DNA of 64,000 nt from a virus: positions 93,714 through 157,713 of the IMG/VR virus record IMGVR_UViG_3300043570_001741; one strand, given 5' to 3'. This document shows positions 47,658-56,931 of the stretch, piece by piece (the stretch's first letter is position 1; the number at the start of each line of letters is the position of its first letter). The notes beneath the pieces were generated by a model, which saw only the letters and a list, made by a program, of their open reading frames with translations, was not told the DNA's origin and ran no database searches. A program made the translations under genes and the position numbers.

Positions 47658-48164
47658 ATGTCAGACTATAGAATCAGAGAAACAGGCCAAGTTTTAAGTC
47701 AAGGCGAAGTAAGACGCCTACATTGGAACACATCTTTCCCAGCAGTATGGGATGCATCTGTTTGTGAGTTTATTGGAATTGATCCAGTTCTACAAGCACC
47801 ACAACCAACTAATACAGACCCATTGAAAACAATCCGTTTGAATGGAGTTGTGCAGGATAGCCTAGGCAATTGGGTACAAAACTGGGAAGTAGTAGACCTA
47901 TTCGCAGATACCACAGTAGAAGGTGTAACAACAACTAAGGTTCAGCATGAAGAAGCATTCATGGCCAGACGTAATACTGAGAGATGGACACAAGTCCGTT
48001 CACAGAGAGATTCTTTGTTGAAAGATACAGATTGGTTATCCATCCGTGCCGCAGATACAGTTACTCCAATGCCAACAGAGTGGTCTACATATCGCCAAGC
48101 ATTAAGAGATGTTACAGAACAATCTGACCCATTCAATATTGTGTGGCCAACTAAACCAGAATAA
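47658..48164 (+). CDS. Tail fibre assembly chaperone
   Basis: W..VR..RD.LL..TDW...W..YRQALRD...Q..P..I.WP.KP motif. Confidence 0.88.
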   Translation: MSDYRIRETGQVLSQGEVRRLHWNTSFPAVWDASVCEFIGIDPVLQAPQPTNTDPLKTIRLNGVVQDSLGNWVQNWEVVDLFADTTVEGVTTTKVQHEEAFMARRNTERWTQVRSQRDSLLKDTDWLSIRAADTVTPMPTEWSTYRQALRDVTEQSDPFNIVWPTKPE

Positions 48165-48175
48165 GAGAATAAAAA

Positions 48176-48724
48176 ATGGCTTTAACTAGAGTTAGTGGTA
48201 ATTTAATTTCAAGTGGTACCTTAACTGCCACTCAATTAGCGGTAACTGGTGTTTCTGCTGGTAGTTATGGTGGTACTACTTCTATTCCTACAATTACTGT
48301 TGGAACTGATGGTCGTGTGAGTTATGCTTCAAACATAGCTTTAAGTCTGAACAGTATTACAGGTAATGTGAATATTAGCGGCAACGTTAAAGCACAGACA
48401 TATCAAGAAACATTCTCTAACGTTTCTATTGCATCTGGTAACATTACTTGCAACTTGGCTAGTGCAACAATTTTTAAAACTGTAGTGACCTCTGCGGCCA
48501 ATGTTATCTTTACTAGCCCACCACCTAGTCTGACAGGATTTAGTTTTTTAATTCAGTTGTCACAAACTGGAAGTTATGCACTTACATGGCCATCTAGTAT
48601 TCAATGGCCATCAAACACAGCACCAACACTATCCACAACTGCTGGTTATGTTGATACGATTGCTCTATACACTATTGATGGTGGAACAAACTACTACGCT
48701 ACTTCAGTTCTAGGACAATTTTAA
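48176..48724 (+). CDS. Tail fibre adaptor-like protein (paralog of the 44735 C-terminal half)
   Basis: TGVSAGSYGG...IP linker; WPS.I.WP...APTL...D..Y domain. Confidence 0.7.
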   Translation: MALTRVSGNLISSGTLTATQLAVTGVSAGSYGGTTSIPTITVGTDGRVSYASNIALSLNSITGNVNISGNVKAQTYQETFSNVSIASGNITCNLASATIFKTVVTSAANVIFTSPPPSLTGFSFLIQLSQTGSYALTWPSSIQWPSNTAPTLSTTAGYVDTIALYTIDGGTNYYATSVLGQF

Positions 48725-50709
48725 TGAGTAAAGCTGCTTATAATGTTTATGCGGCCGGTGGTGCAGCAACGCCAACATATATTGAAGATGTGTTCAGCAC
48801 TTACCTATACACGGGCAATGGCGCTACACAGACCATTGTCAACGGGATCGATTTGTCTGGTAAAGGTGGGTTGGTTTGGCTGAAAAGCCGAGCCGGCGCG
48901 GATCCGCATGAGTTAACAAACACCGTACAGGGCGTTTCAAACTCACTGCGAACTAACAGCACTAATGGTTCGTCTTCTACAGATTTGACTGGTTTTACTT
49001 CTTCCGGCTTTACTCTTGGATACGTCACTGGAAACACCAACTTATCTGGAGCAACTGAAGTTTCATGGACCTTCCGCAAGCAACCAAAGTTCTTTGATAT
49101 TGTGACATGGACGGGAAACGGTACTACACAGAACTTGTCACATAACCTTGGCTCTGTACCGGGTATGATAATTGTAAAAAGAAGTGGTAACACGGGAGAT
49201 TGGAATGTTTGGCATAGAAGTTTAACAGCAGGAAACTACATAAAACTTAATAGTACGGCCGCACAAACCACAGGTGGCGCAGCTAACTATTTTGGAAATA
49301 ACTCTACCACAGTTAATCCAACAAGCACAACATTTACGGTTGGCAACAACTCACAAGTCAACGCTGATAGTGGAGAAGCCGGAAACACATATGTTGCCTA
49401 CCTATTTGCCCATAACGCAGGTGGCTTCGGTCTGACTGGCTCAGACAATGTGATTACGTGTGGGTCTTATACGGGCGGCACTTTTAATGGGGTTACATAC
49501 GATGCAGTAACCACGACTTTGGGGTTTGAGCCTCAATGGCTGCTTATTAAAGAAGCTACAGGCACTAACGCTTGGTTTATATTTGACAATATGCGTGGGA
49601 TTGTCACTGGCGGCAATGATCCGCGATTGAGCCCAAACAGTAGTAATCAAGAATTTAGCTCCAATTGGGTTGATTTAACATCAACAGGCTTTACCGCAAC
49701 AGCATCAGACGGATCAAGCGGAATCAATAACGGCAGCAGCTACACCTACATCTACATCGCCATCCGCTGTGGCCCGATGAAAGTGCCTACGACTGGGACT
49801 AGTGTGTTCAAAACTATTAGTAGAACAGGTACAGGCTCAGCAACTACAGTTACTGGAGTTGGCTTTCCACCAGATTTGGTAATCGCAAGAGCTAAAGCTA
49901 CGGCTGGATTAAATACTACATGGATGGCAAGACTTAGAGGTAGTGCTCAACTATACTCAAATTTTACTTCTTCAGGAGCTAGTAGTTCAACACAACAGAT
50001 AACCTCGTATGACATGGATGGAATAAGTGTAGGAACTGACGTAGCTCAATCTGGATTTAATAGTTCTGGTGATCCGGTTGTAAATTGGTTTCTTCGCCGA
50101 GCTCCAGGTTTCTTTAGTATTCTCACTTTTGTTGGAGACGCAACAACAAATAGGTCAATTAATCATAATTTGGGTGTAACACCAGAATTAATTATTACTA
50201 AGTCAAGTAACCAAACGGGCAATTGGCATGTTGGTATTGGGTTGCTTGGATGGACTTATGGTTTATATTTGGATACAACAAATGCAAGTAGTGTTCAAAA
50301 CTGGTATTCTACACCATCATCAATAGCTTATTCCACTGGTTCATCTACTACTGCAAATAGAAATAGTTACGAATATATTGTTTATCTTTTCGCCTCTTGT
50401 CCTGGTGTTTCCAAAGTAGGCTCATACACAGGTAATGGTTCAACACAAACAATTGATTGTGGCTTTGCAGCTGGTGCTAGGTTTGTTCTTATTAAGAGAA
50501 CCGATGACGTTGCTGATTGGTATGTCTGGGACACTGTTCGAGGTATTATTTCTGGAAATGATCCTTATCTTCTGATTAACAGTACAGTTGCTGAAGTAAC
50601 CAATACAGATTACATTGACCCATACAGCGCAGGGTTTGAATTATCCTCCACCGCACCAGCCGCCATTAATGCAAATGGCGGTACTTACATCTTCCTTGCA
50701 ATTGCATGA
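48724..50709 (+). CDS. YTGNG-repeat tail/receptor-binding protein, paralog B
   Basis: Colinear with 45602-47605 (YIEDVFS, AYLFAHNAGGFG, GPMKVPTTGTSVF, YIFLAIA). Confidence 0.75.
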   Translation: MSKAAYNVYAAGGAATPTYIEDVFSTYLYTGNGATQTIVNGIDLSGKGGLVWLKSRAGADPHELTNTVQGVSNSLRTNSTNGSSSTDLTGFTSSGFTLGYVTGNTNLSGATEVSWTFRKQPKFFDIVTWTGNGTTQNLSHNLGSVPGMIIVKRSGNTGDWNVWHRSLTAGNYIKLNSTAAQTTGGAANYFGNNSTTVNPTSTTFTVGNNSQVNADSGEAGNTYVAYLFAHNAGGFGLTGSDNVITCGSYTGGTFNGVTYDAVTTTLGFEPQWLLIKEATGTNAWFIFDNMRGIVTGGNDPRLSPNSSNQEFSSNWVDLTSTGFTATASDGSSGINNGSSYTYIYIAIRCGPMKVPTTGTSVFKTISRTGTGSATTVTGVGFPPDLVIARAKATAGLNTTWMARLRGSAQLYSNFTSSGASSSTQQITSYDMDGISVGTDVAQSGFNSSGDPVVNWFLRRAPGFFSILTFVGDATTNRSINHNLGVTPELIITKSSNQTGNWHVGIGLLGWTYGLYLDTTNASSVQNWYSTPSSIAYSTGSSTTANRNSYEYIVYLFASCPGVSKVGSYTGNGSTQTIDCGFAAGARFVLIKRTDDVADWYVWDTVRGIISGNDPYLLINSTVAEVTNTDYIDPYSAGFELSSTAPAAINANGGTYIFLAIA

Positions 50710-50730
50710 TAAATAGAATAAACCCAACAA

Positions 50731-50738
50731 CATAAATA
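50731..50738 (+). promoter_or_regulatory. Late promoter CATAAATA (second variant GATAAATA at 50708)
   Basis: Intergenic, 7 nt before ATG 50746. Confidence 0.55.
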
Positions 50739-50745
50739 AAGAATT

Positions 50746-51246
50746 ATGGCTTACATCGGAAATTCTCCCAGCTCAGCAACATTTGCTATTGACACCTTTA
50801 GTGGTGACAATACAACTGTTAACTTCACCTTACGTGAAGCACCATTGGCAACAAGTTCTATTATTGTCTTTGTTGGTGGTGTCCGTCAACAAACAGACTC
50901 ATATAGTCTTAGCAGTTCAACTCTTGTGTTCTCTGAAGCACCTCCGTTGGGAACAAATAACGTTGAGGTTATATTCTTAGGTTTAGGTGCAAGTGCTTCT
51001 ATTCCTTCTGATGGGTCTGTATCAACAATAAAGATTATTACTGGTGCAGTAACCGGTGATAAGTTGGGTCTTACATCAATCAATGCAAACAATATTGTTG
51101 ATGCTTCTATTACTGGCAATAAATTAGGATTGACTTCTATCAATGCTAATAATATTGTTGACGGAACAATTACAAACGCAAAACTTGCATCGCCAGGTGC
51201 ATCAACAGGAAAGGCAATAGCAATGGCTATTGTATTTGGAGGATAA
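50746..51246 (+). CDS. Tail fibre adaptor-like protein with 20-aa internal repeat
   Basis: YIGNSP N-terminus; KLGLTSINANNIVD twice; ends KAIAMAIVFGG. Confidence 0.7.
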   Translation: MAYIGNSPSSATFAIDTFSGDNTTVNFTLREAPLATSSIIVFVGGVRQQTDSYSLSSSTLVFSEAPPLGTNNVEVIFLGLGASASIPSDGSVSTIKIITGAVTGDKLGLTSINANNIVDASITGNKLGLTSINANNIVDGTITNAKLASPGASTGKAIAMAIVFGG

Positions 51247-51252
51247 AAATAA

Positions 51253-51627
51253 ATGGCCGCACCTAATATTGTCAACGTAGCACTAATTAATGCTAACTCA
51301 AACACACAAATTCTTTCCACTTCATCAGAGATTGGACTCTTAAGCAATCCAGCATCTAGTGGTAAAGTCTATAAAGTTAATACTATTATAGTAGCAAACA
51401 GAGATGGTACAGCTGCTGTTGATGTGAGTTGTAATATATACTCACAAGCAGCTTTAGCAGGAACTGGTTTTCCAATTGCTTCTACTATTTCTGTTCCAGC
51501 GGATGCAACTTTGATTTTGTCGGATAAATCTACAGCTTTTTACTTGGAAGAAAATCGCTCAATAGGAATTAAATCTGGAACAGCAAATGGTTTATCCGTT
51601 TTATGTTCTTGGGAAGAAATTTCTTAA
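51253..51627 (+). CDS. Small beta-sandwich virion protein
   Basis: MAAPNIVNV...K.N.I.VAN.DG...VPADATL...YLEE...S.EEIS pattern. Confidence 0.7.
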   Translation: MAAPNIVNVALINANSNTQILSTSSEIGLLSNPASSGKVYKVNTIIVANRDGTAAVDVSCNIYSQAALAGTGFPIASTISVPADATLILSDKSTAFYLEENRSIGIKSGTANGLSVLCSWEEIS

Positions 51628-51631
51628 TATA

Positions 51632-52834
51632 ATGTCTAAACGATACCCATCCGGGTTTATCTCGGCCTTTTATGATCCCTTAAAAAACCCTGGTGCGCCG
51701 ACCATTGGGACGGCTACGAGTGGTGATGCAACTGCTTCTGTACCGTTTACAGCACCTCCTAATGTTGGCGGTTCGGCTATTACATCATACGTGTTACAAT
51801 CAACACCCGGTAAAATTATTTCAAGTAACACAACGTCTCCGATTTCTGTTACAGGGTTGACCAACGACACAGCATACACCTTTCAGGTGTGGGCTTTGAA
51901 TGCGTATGGGCCAAGTGCGTTTAGTGCGGCAAGCAATAGCGTTACTCCGGCTCAATTGTTCCGTGGTGTTTTTGCAGGTGGAAGTTCTAACATTATTGAT
52001 TATATAAGCATTCCCTCAACAGGTAACGCCACAGATTTTGGCGATTTGCTTTCATCACAAATTTATCAGTCCGGGTTTGGATCCACAACAAGAGGGGTGT
52101 TTGCTGGTGGAAGTAATACAAACGTCATTCAATATATTACAATTGCCTCTACAGGAAACGCCACAGATTTTGGCGATATAACTGTGAACCGCCAGTCTTC
52201 GGCTGGGGCAAGTTCCAGTACCCGAGGATTGGTTGCCGGTGGAGTAATGACTGATAGTCCCTACTTTAGATATAATATTATTGATTACGTAACTATTGCT
52301 TCAGTCGGTAACGCCATTGATTTTGGAGATATGACAAACACTTCTGAAGGGCCAATGGCGTGTTCGTCACCAACTCGGGGAGTTTTTGCTGGCGGATATA
52401 ACGGTGCTAACCGATTAACCACGATTGATTATGTAACTATTGCGTCTGCTGGAAACGCAACCAATTTTGGGTCATTAACATCTCCAACCGCTACTGGTGC
52501 TGGGTGTTCTTCATCTACTCGTGGCATTTTTGGCGGTGGGTATGACGGTAATGCAGCAAATGGTACTAATGTTATTGAATACGTCACAATTGCTTCCACA
52601 GGAAACGCCACAGATTTTGGTGATTTGTCGGATATTCTGAACTTTCTTACCGCTTGTTCTTCACAAATTCGTGCAGTCTTTGGTGGAGGGTTTAGTTATA
52701 ACACATTTACGAGTTTTAATGTGTTGCAATATATAACCATATCCTCAACAGGTAATACAACAGATTTTGGCGATTTAACCAGAGCAACAAATGCCCTAAC
52801 ATCCTGCTCTAATTGCTCTGGAGGAGTCCAATAA
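51632..52834 (+). CDS. Fn3 domain plus beta-propeller repeat protein, paralog 1 (start moved from 51587)
   Basis: PGAPT...GGS.ITSY...GLTN..AYTF.V.A.N..G Fn3 domain, then six IxY.TIAS.GNA.DFGDL repeats. Confidence 0.8.
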   Translation: MSKRYPSGFISAFYDPLKNPGAPTIGTATSGDATASVPFTAPPNVGGSAITSYVLQSTPGKIISSNTTSPISVTGLTNDTAYTFQVWALNAYGPSAFSAASNSVTPAQLFRGVFAGGSSNIIDYISIPSTGNATDFGDLLSSQIYQSGFGSTTRGVFAGGSNTNVIQYITIASTGNATDFGDITVNRQSSAGASSSTRGLVAGGVMTDSPYFRYNIIDYVTIASVGNAIDFGDMTNTSEGPMACSSPTRGVFAGGYNGANRLTTIDYVTIASAGNATNFGSLTSPTATGAGCSSSTRGIFGGGYDGNAANGTNVIEYVTIASTGNATDFGDLSDILNFLTACSSQIRAVFGGGFSYNTFTSFNVLQYITISSTGNTTDFGDLTRATNALTSCSNCSGGVQ

Positions 52835-53796
52835 TGCCAAGCTATTCAGGTGTATGGACACTCACTGCTCAGTATCAAGCCAAGGGTTCTGGTAATTGGC
52901 CTTTCCCACCCCCACTTCTTACTGGGTCCGTAGCGGTGTTTGCTGGACAACAGGCAAATAAGCTTGTTTCTACAAGTGAGTATATTAATATTTCGTCACT
53001 ATCTAACTCTGCTAATTTTGGTGATTTATTAAACCCTTGGGGTAATTGGGGTACATGTGCATCTACTACTAGAGGATTATTTTCTGGAGAAGTTTTTAGT
53101 TCTAATGTAATTCAGTACATCACAATTGCTACAGCTGGTAACGCTATTGACTTTGGTGACCTTACTAGAGGTCGTGAATATCATAGTGGTGGTTGTAACA
53201 GTACAACAAGAGGTGTGTTTGCACCTTCTCAGGGGTCTAATAATGAAAGTAATGTGATTGATTACGTTACAATCGCTACAACAGGTAACGCCACAGATTT
53301 TGGCGATACTACTATATTAGCTTATGAAACTTCATCAGCTTCATCTCAAACTAGAGGAATAATTGCAGTTGGAACCAATTCTACTGGTTTAAAGAATGTT
53401 ATTGAATACATTACAATTGCTTCCACAGGTAACGCCATAGATTTTGGAGATGCAACAATAGCCAAATCCGGTACCGCTGCTTGTTCTAATTCTACTAGGT
53501 TGCTTTTTGGAGGTGGACATGTATCATACGTTAGTCACAATATTATTGACTATATTACAATTGCCTCTACAGGAAATGCAACAGATTTTGGAGACTTGAC
53601 TGTTAGTAGGCGTTATGGAGGCGCTGCCTCAAATTCAACTAGAGGTATTTTTATAGATGGTTATTCTAACCAATCTGTCAATGTGATGGACTACGTTACA
53701 ATTGCCTCTACAGGAAACGCCATAGATTTTGGTGATTCTATAATTTCACAATTAGGTGTTGGTGCTGTATCTAATGCCAACGGAGGAACTCAATAA
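52834..53796 (+). CDS. Beta-propeller repeat protein, paralog 2 (start moved from 52813)
   Basis: TAATG coupling; SGVWTL..Q N-terminus; six repeats. Confidence 0.8.
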   Translation: MPSYSGVWTLTAQYQAKGSGNWPFPPPLLTGSVAVFAGQQANKLVSTSEYINISSLSNSANFGDLLNPWGNWGTCASTTRGLFSGEVFSSNVIQYITIATAGNAIDFGDLTRGREYHSGGCNSTTRGVFAPSQGSNNESNVIDYVTIATTGNATDFGDTTILAYETSSASSQTRGIIAVGTNSTGLKNVIEYITIASTGNAIDFGDATIAKSGTAACSNSTRLLFGGGHVSYVSHNIIDYITIASTGNATDFGDLTVSRRYGGAASNSTRGIFIDGYSNQSVNVMDYVTIASTGNAIDFGDSIISQLGVGAVSNANGGTQ

Positions 53797-54836
53797 TGGC
53801 AATTTCATCATGGAGCGCAGGGATTATTAGACCCGTAGCTGTAGCACCTGCTGGTCCTTATCAAGACGGAGCGGCTCCCGGTGTGTGGACGCTGGATGAG
53901 GCAGCTTTTTGGACTAAGCAAGGTCTATGGCCTACTGCAGGAAACGTGTTCCCACTTGGAATATTTTCCGGCGGCAATGAGGGGGGCAACATGACCAACG
54001 TTATTCAGTACGTCAATATATCGACCACTGGTAATTCCGTTGATGTAGGTGACTTGGCTGTGGTTCAAGGTCGAGGGGCTAACGGAACGATTTCTTCAGG
54101 TACTCGCGGCATCTTGGCCGCTGGCGGTGATGCCGGTGGTTATTCCAACACGATCCAGTACATGACACTTGCCACGACTGGCACTTCGTTTGACTTTGGA
54201 GATTGCAGCGGCAGAAAAATTATTCTTGGAGGTTGTTCTAACGCCACCCGTGGCATCATTGCTGGTGGAGATGTTTCTGGCACAGGCCGAGTCAACATCG
54301 TTGAGTACATCACAATTACTACAACTGGTGACGCCACGGATTTTGGCGATTTGACGCAGGTGTGGGAAGGTCTTTCTGGAGTTGCGTCCACAACTCGTGG
54401 CGTCTTCGCTGGTTCTTCAGGTTTAACCTATAACACAATCAATTATATAACAATCGCTTCTGTTGGAAATGCAGTTGATTTTGGTGATTTAAACTCTTCC
54501 AGACAAAGCGCCGGCGCATGTTCAAACTCCACAAAAGGAGTGTTTGGGGGAGGATATCTTTTACCTGGTAGTGTGCTTACGGACGATGTGCAAACAATAA
54601 CAATTGCTAGTACAGGAGACTCCTCCTCTTTTGGTACGTTAACTGTGGCCCGAAATTATGTGAACGGAGTCTCCAGTTCGACACGAGCTTTATTTGCTGG
54701 AGGTACTACTGGTTCCGATTCCAACGTGATTGACTTCCTGACGTTCGCCGCAGGTGGTTCGGCCACAGATTTTGGCGACTTGTTGACTGCCAATAAACAA
54801 ATGTTTTCAGCGTCTGCGGTCCACGGTGGTTTATAA
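53796..54836 (+). CDS. Beta-propeller repeat protein, paralog 3
   Basis: GVWTL.E....WP N-terminus; six repeats; visibly GC-richer DNA. Confidence 0.8.
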   Translation: MAISSWSAGIIRPVAVAPAGPYQDGAAPGVWTLDEAAFWTKQGLWPTAGNVFPLGIFSGGNEGGNMTNVIQYVNISTTGNSVDVGDLAVVQGRGANGTISSGTRGILAAGGDAGGYSNTIQYMTLATTGTSFDFGDCSGRKIILGGCSNATRGIIAGGDVSGTGRVNIVEYITITTTGDATDFGDLTQVWEGLSGVASTTRGVFAGSSGLTYNTINYITIASVGNAVDFGDLNSSRQSAGACSNSTKGVFGGGYLLPGSVLTDDVQTITIASTGDSSSFGTLTVARNYVNGVSSSTRALFAGGTTGSDSNVIDFLTFAAGGSATDFGDLLTANKQMFSASAVHGGL

Positions 54837-54841
54837 TTGAC

Positions 54842-54866
54842 TTCTCCACAAACAGGAGAATTCTTT
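54842..54866 (+). terminator. Weak putative terminator hairpin
   Basis: TTCTCC-7 nt-GGAGAA followed by TTCTTT. Confidence 0.35.
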
Positions 54867-54903
54867 GAACGAGCTTTAATGTCAATTATAAGTAAAAAAA
54901 CCA

Positions 54904-54932
54904 TTGACTTCTTTTACAACATCATATATAAT
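54904..54932 (+). promoter_or_regulatory. Near-consensus sigma70 promoter inside the late region
   Basis: TTGACT 54904-54909, 17 bp spacer, TATAAT 54927-54932; TAAGGA SD downstream. Confidence 0.8.
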
Positions 54933-54965
54933 AGAATACACTATGTTTATATTAAGGAAAAATAA

Positions 54966-55808
54966 ATGAATGATTTGATTATTAAAAATATTAATACCGC
55001 ACTTGCAACTACCAGTAAACCTGAGTATGGGGTAATGTTGCAGAATATTGATGCGAGAATGCCGGCAATTGTCAGAGACACAAGCAACTTCCACAAGTCT
55101 CACAGCCAGTTCATGTCGGTAACACTAGACGTAACGGCAATCACACCAATACGTTCTATCAAGCACACATTGGCTGAGATTGATAGAACAAAATCGGCAT
55201 TACAAGAAGCTTATATTGGTCTACGTAAAAAACAGATTGAGCTAAAGCGCAAGACTGTCGAACTTGCAGCTGCTACCGATCCTCTAGATATAGAGTTACT
55301 TGAAGTAGAAATTCTGGAAATTAATGGCCATTTAGAAGGCACGCAAAACCATGTCAATGGTGCTTTACGTAAAATGAATTTCATGGTCAACCAACATGCA
55401 CAATTGCTAGAGAAGGTTGGTAAGAATGAAATTACTGAAGAAGACTATGAACTAGAAGAATCTAAGTATCACATTATGACTTGTATGAAGCAAGCTCTCA
55501 ATGCTGCTCGTAGTCGCAATGGTATGATTGATGAAGGTAATTTGATTTACTTGTTTGACTTAGGTATCAATGCTGCACAAGCACAGGCTGAAGTTTTTGC
55601 ATATTTAAATATGGAGAATGAATTAATTTCCAATGGTCAGGCTCCAACTCATGAGATGACTGTTCGCTGGTTAGAGGCATGTGCAAATAAATGGGCAGAA
55701 GATCCTGCTAAATTTGCTGGCCGCAGAGGCTTTTCTGTATTTGATAAATCTTCTCTTACTAATGTGCCTTTGTTGGAAGAATCTTCTACAGCACCAGAGG
55801 AAAAATAA
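54966..55808 (+). CDS. Helical / coiled-coil hypothetical protein
   Basis: Heptad-rich centre; IDEGN..YL...GIN motif. Confidence 0.75.
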   Translation: MNDLIIKNINTALATTSKPEYGVMLQNIDARMPAIVRDTSNFHKSHSQFMSVTLDVTAITPIRSIKHTLAEIDRTKSALQEAYIGLRKKQIELKRKTVELAAATDPLDIELLEVEILEINGHLEGTQNHVNGALRKMNFMVNQHAQLLEKVGKNEITEEDYELEESKYHIMTCMKQALNAARSRNGMIDEGNLIYLFDLGINAAQAQAEVFAYLNMENELISNGQAPTHEMTVRWLEACANKWAEDPAKFAGRRGFSVFDKSSLTNVPLLEESSTAPEEK

Positions 55809-56542
55809 TGCATCTGGTCGTTGGTACTCCTTGTTATGGCGGAATGATGTGTACAGAGTACACACAATCCATTCTTGATTTAAAAGAAGCATGTCTAACT
55901 AATAATATTAAACTTACTTGTATCTTTCTTGGTAATGAAAGTTTAATACAGCGAGGTAGAAATACCATTGCTCATCACTTTATGAATATGCAAGATGCTT
56001 CTCATCTTATGTTTATCGATGCGGATCAAAAATTTTTAGCAAATGACATTGCTTTGATGATAAAAGCGGACAAAGGTATTATTGGTGGACCTGTTCCTAT
56101 GAAAGGAATAAATTGGGAAAGAGTGCGACAAGGTGCTGTTCTAAATCATCCAAATCTTTCATCTCTTTCAGGTATATTTAATATAAATAAATTAAAGGAC
56201 CATGAAATGATTGCTCCTAATTTACCCTTTCAGGTTAAACATATAGGCACAGGGTTTATGCTTATTCGCAAAGATGTGTTTGAGAAAATCAAACCACATG
56301 TTGGTTGGTATACTAATGCAGGTAATACTATTAATGCGAATGAAAAAATTTATGATTATTTCAAAGTTCAGAATGTAAATAACGAATTACTATCTGAGGA
56401 TTACAATTTCTGCCACATGTACCGTGAACATGGAGGAACAATCTGGGCTGCTCCTTGGTGCGTTCTCGGTCATTTTGGCTCTTATCTTTTTTCAGGGCAA
56501 TATGCTCAACAAGGAGTTTTAAATGGCACACCATTGCATTAA
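55808..56542 (+). CDS. GT-A fold glycosyltransferase-like protein
   Basis: VGTPCYGG, NESLI.RGRN, FIDAD (DxD), GTGFMLIR..VF, LSEDY.FC and H.G motifs. Confidence 0.85.
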   Translation: MHLVVGTPCYGGMMCTEYTQSILDLKEACLTNNIKLTCIFLGNESLIQRGRNTIAHHFMNMQDASHLMFIDADQKFLANDIALMIKADKGIIGGPVPMKGINWERVRQGAVLNHPNLSSLSGIFNINKLKDHEMIAPNLPFQVKHIGTGFMLIRKDVFEKIKPHVGWYTNAGNTINANEKIYDYFKVQNVNNELLSEDYNFCHMYREHGGTIWAAPWCVLGHFGSYLFSGQYAQQGVLNGTPLH

Positions 56543-56867
56543 ATATCGTCTAACCGCTGAAGGTACAGTCCCAACATTTCTTTGCCTACATCCTGAGGGT
56601 GTTGGTGGTGTATATGTAGTTGGTGATCCTTCAACACCAAGTCCTCGTGATATGGTTATGATTGGTCTATCAGAAAATGATGATGTAGGAGACGCTGAAA
56701 TTATTCCTACAAAAGCTGACCTGTTAACTTATTTGACCGATGTAGGTGCAAATTGGACTCAACCAGATCCAACACAACCTGGTGACCCACAAGCAACTAT
56801 TCCTTTTGATCCTTCTGCTGCGGCTGATTGGGTCTGGGCACGAAAAACAGCTCTTGATGCAAGCTAG
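56523..56867 (+). CDS. Hypothetical protein
   Basis: AAGGAG SD; coupled to the GT gene. Confidence 0.75.
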   Translation: MAHHCIKYRLTAEGTVPTFLCLHPEGVGGVYVVGDPSTPSPRDMVMIGLSENDDVGDAEIIPTKADLLTYLTDVGANWTQPDPTQPGDPQATIPFDPSAAADWVWARKTALDAS

Positions 56868-56894
56868 TGTTAATGTAGAAAGCATCCTATATTA

Positions 56895-56902
56895 ACTAAA
56901 TA
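56895..56902 (+). promoter_or_regulatory. Late promoter variant ACTAAATA
   Basis: Intergenic, upstream of 56932. Confidence 0.55.
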
Positions 56903-56931
56903 GAGTAAACAACCAATAGAACAATAAAACT

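Noticed and set aside
51990-54790. CRISPR-like array from regularly spaced ~25-bp repeats
   Set aside because: Spacing is ~130-150 bp and in frame, the repeats encode TGNATDFGD, and no cas operon is present.
45602-54836. Diversity-generating retroelement acting on fibre genes
   Set aside because: No reverse transcriptase in the window, and no non-coding template repeat differing only at adenines was seen. All repeats are in-frame coding paralogy.
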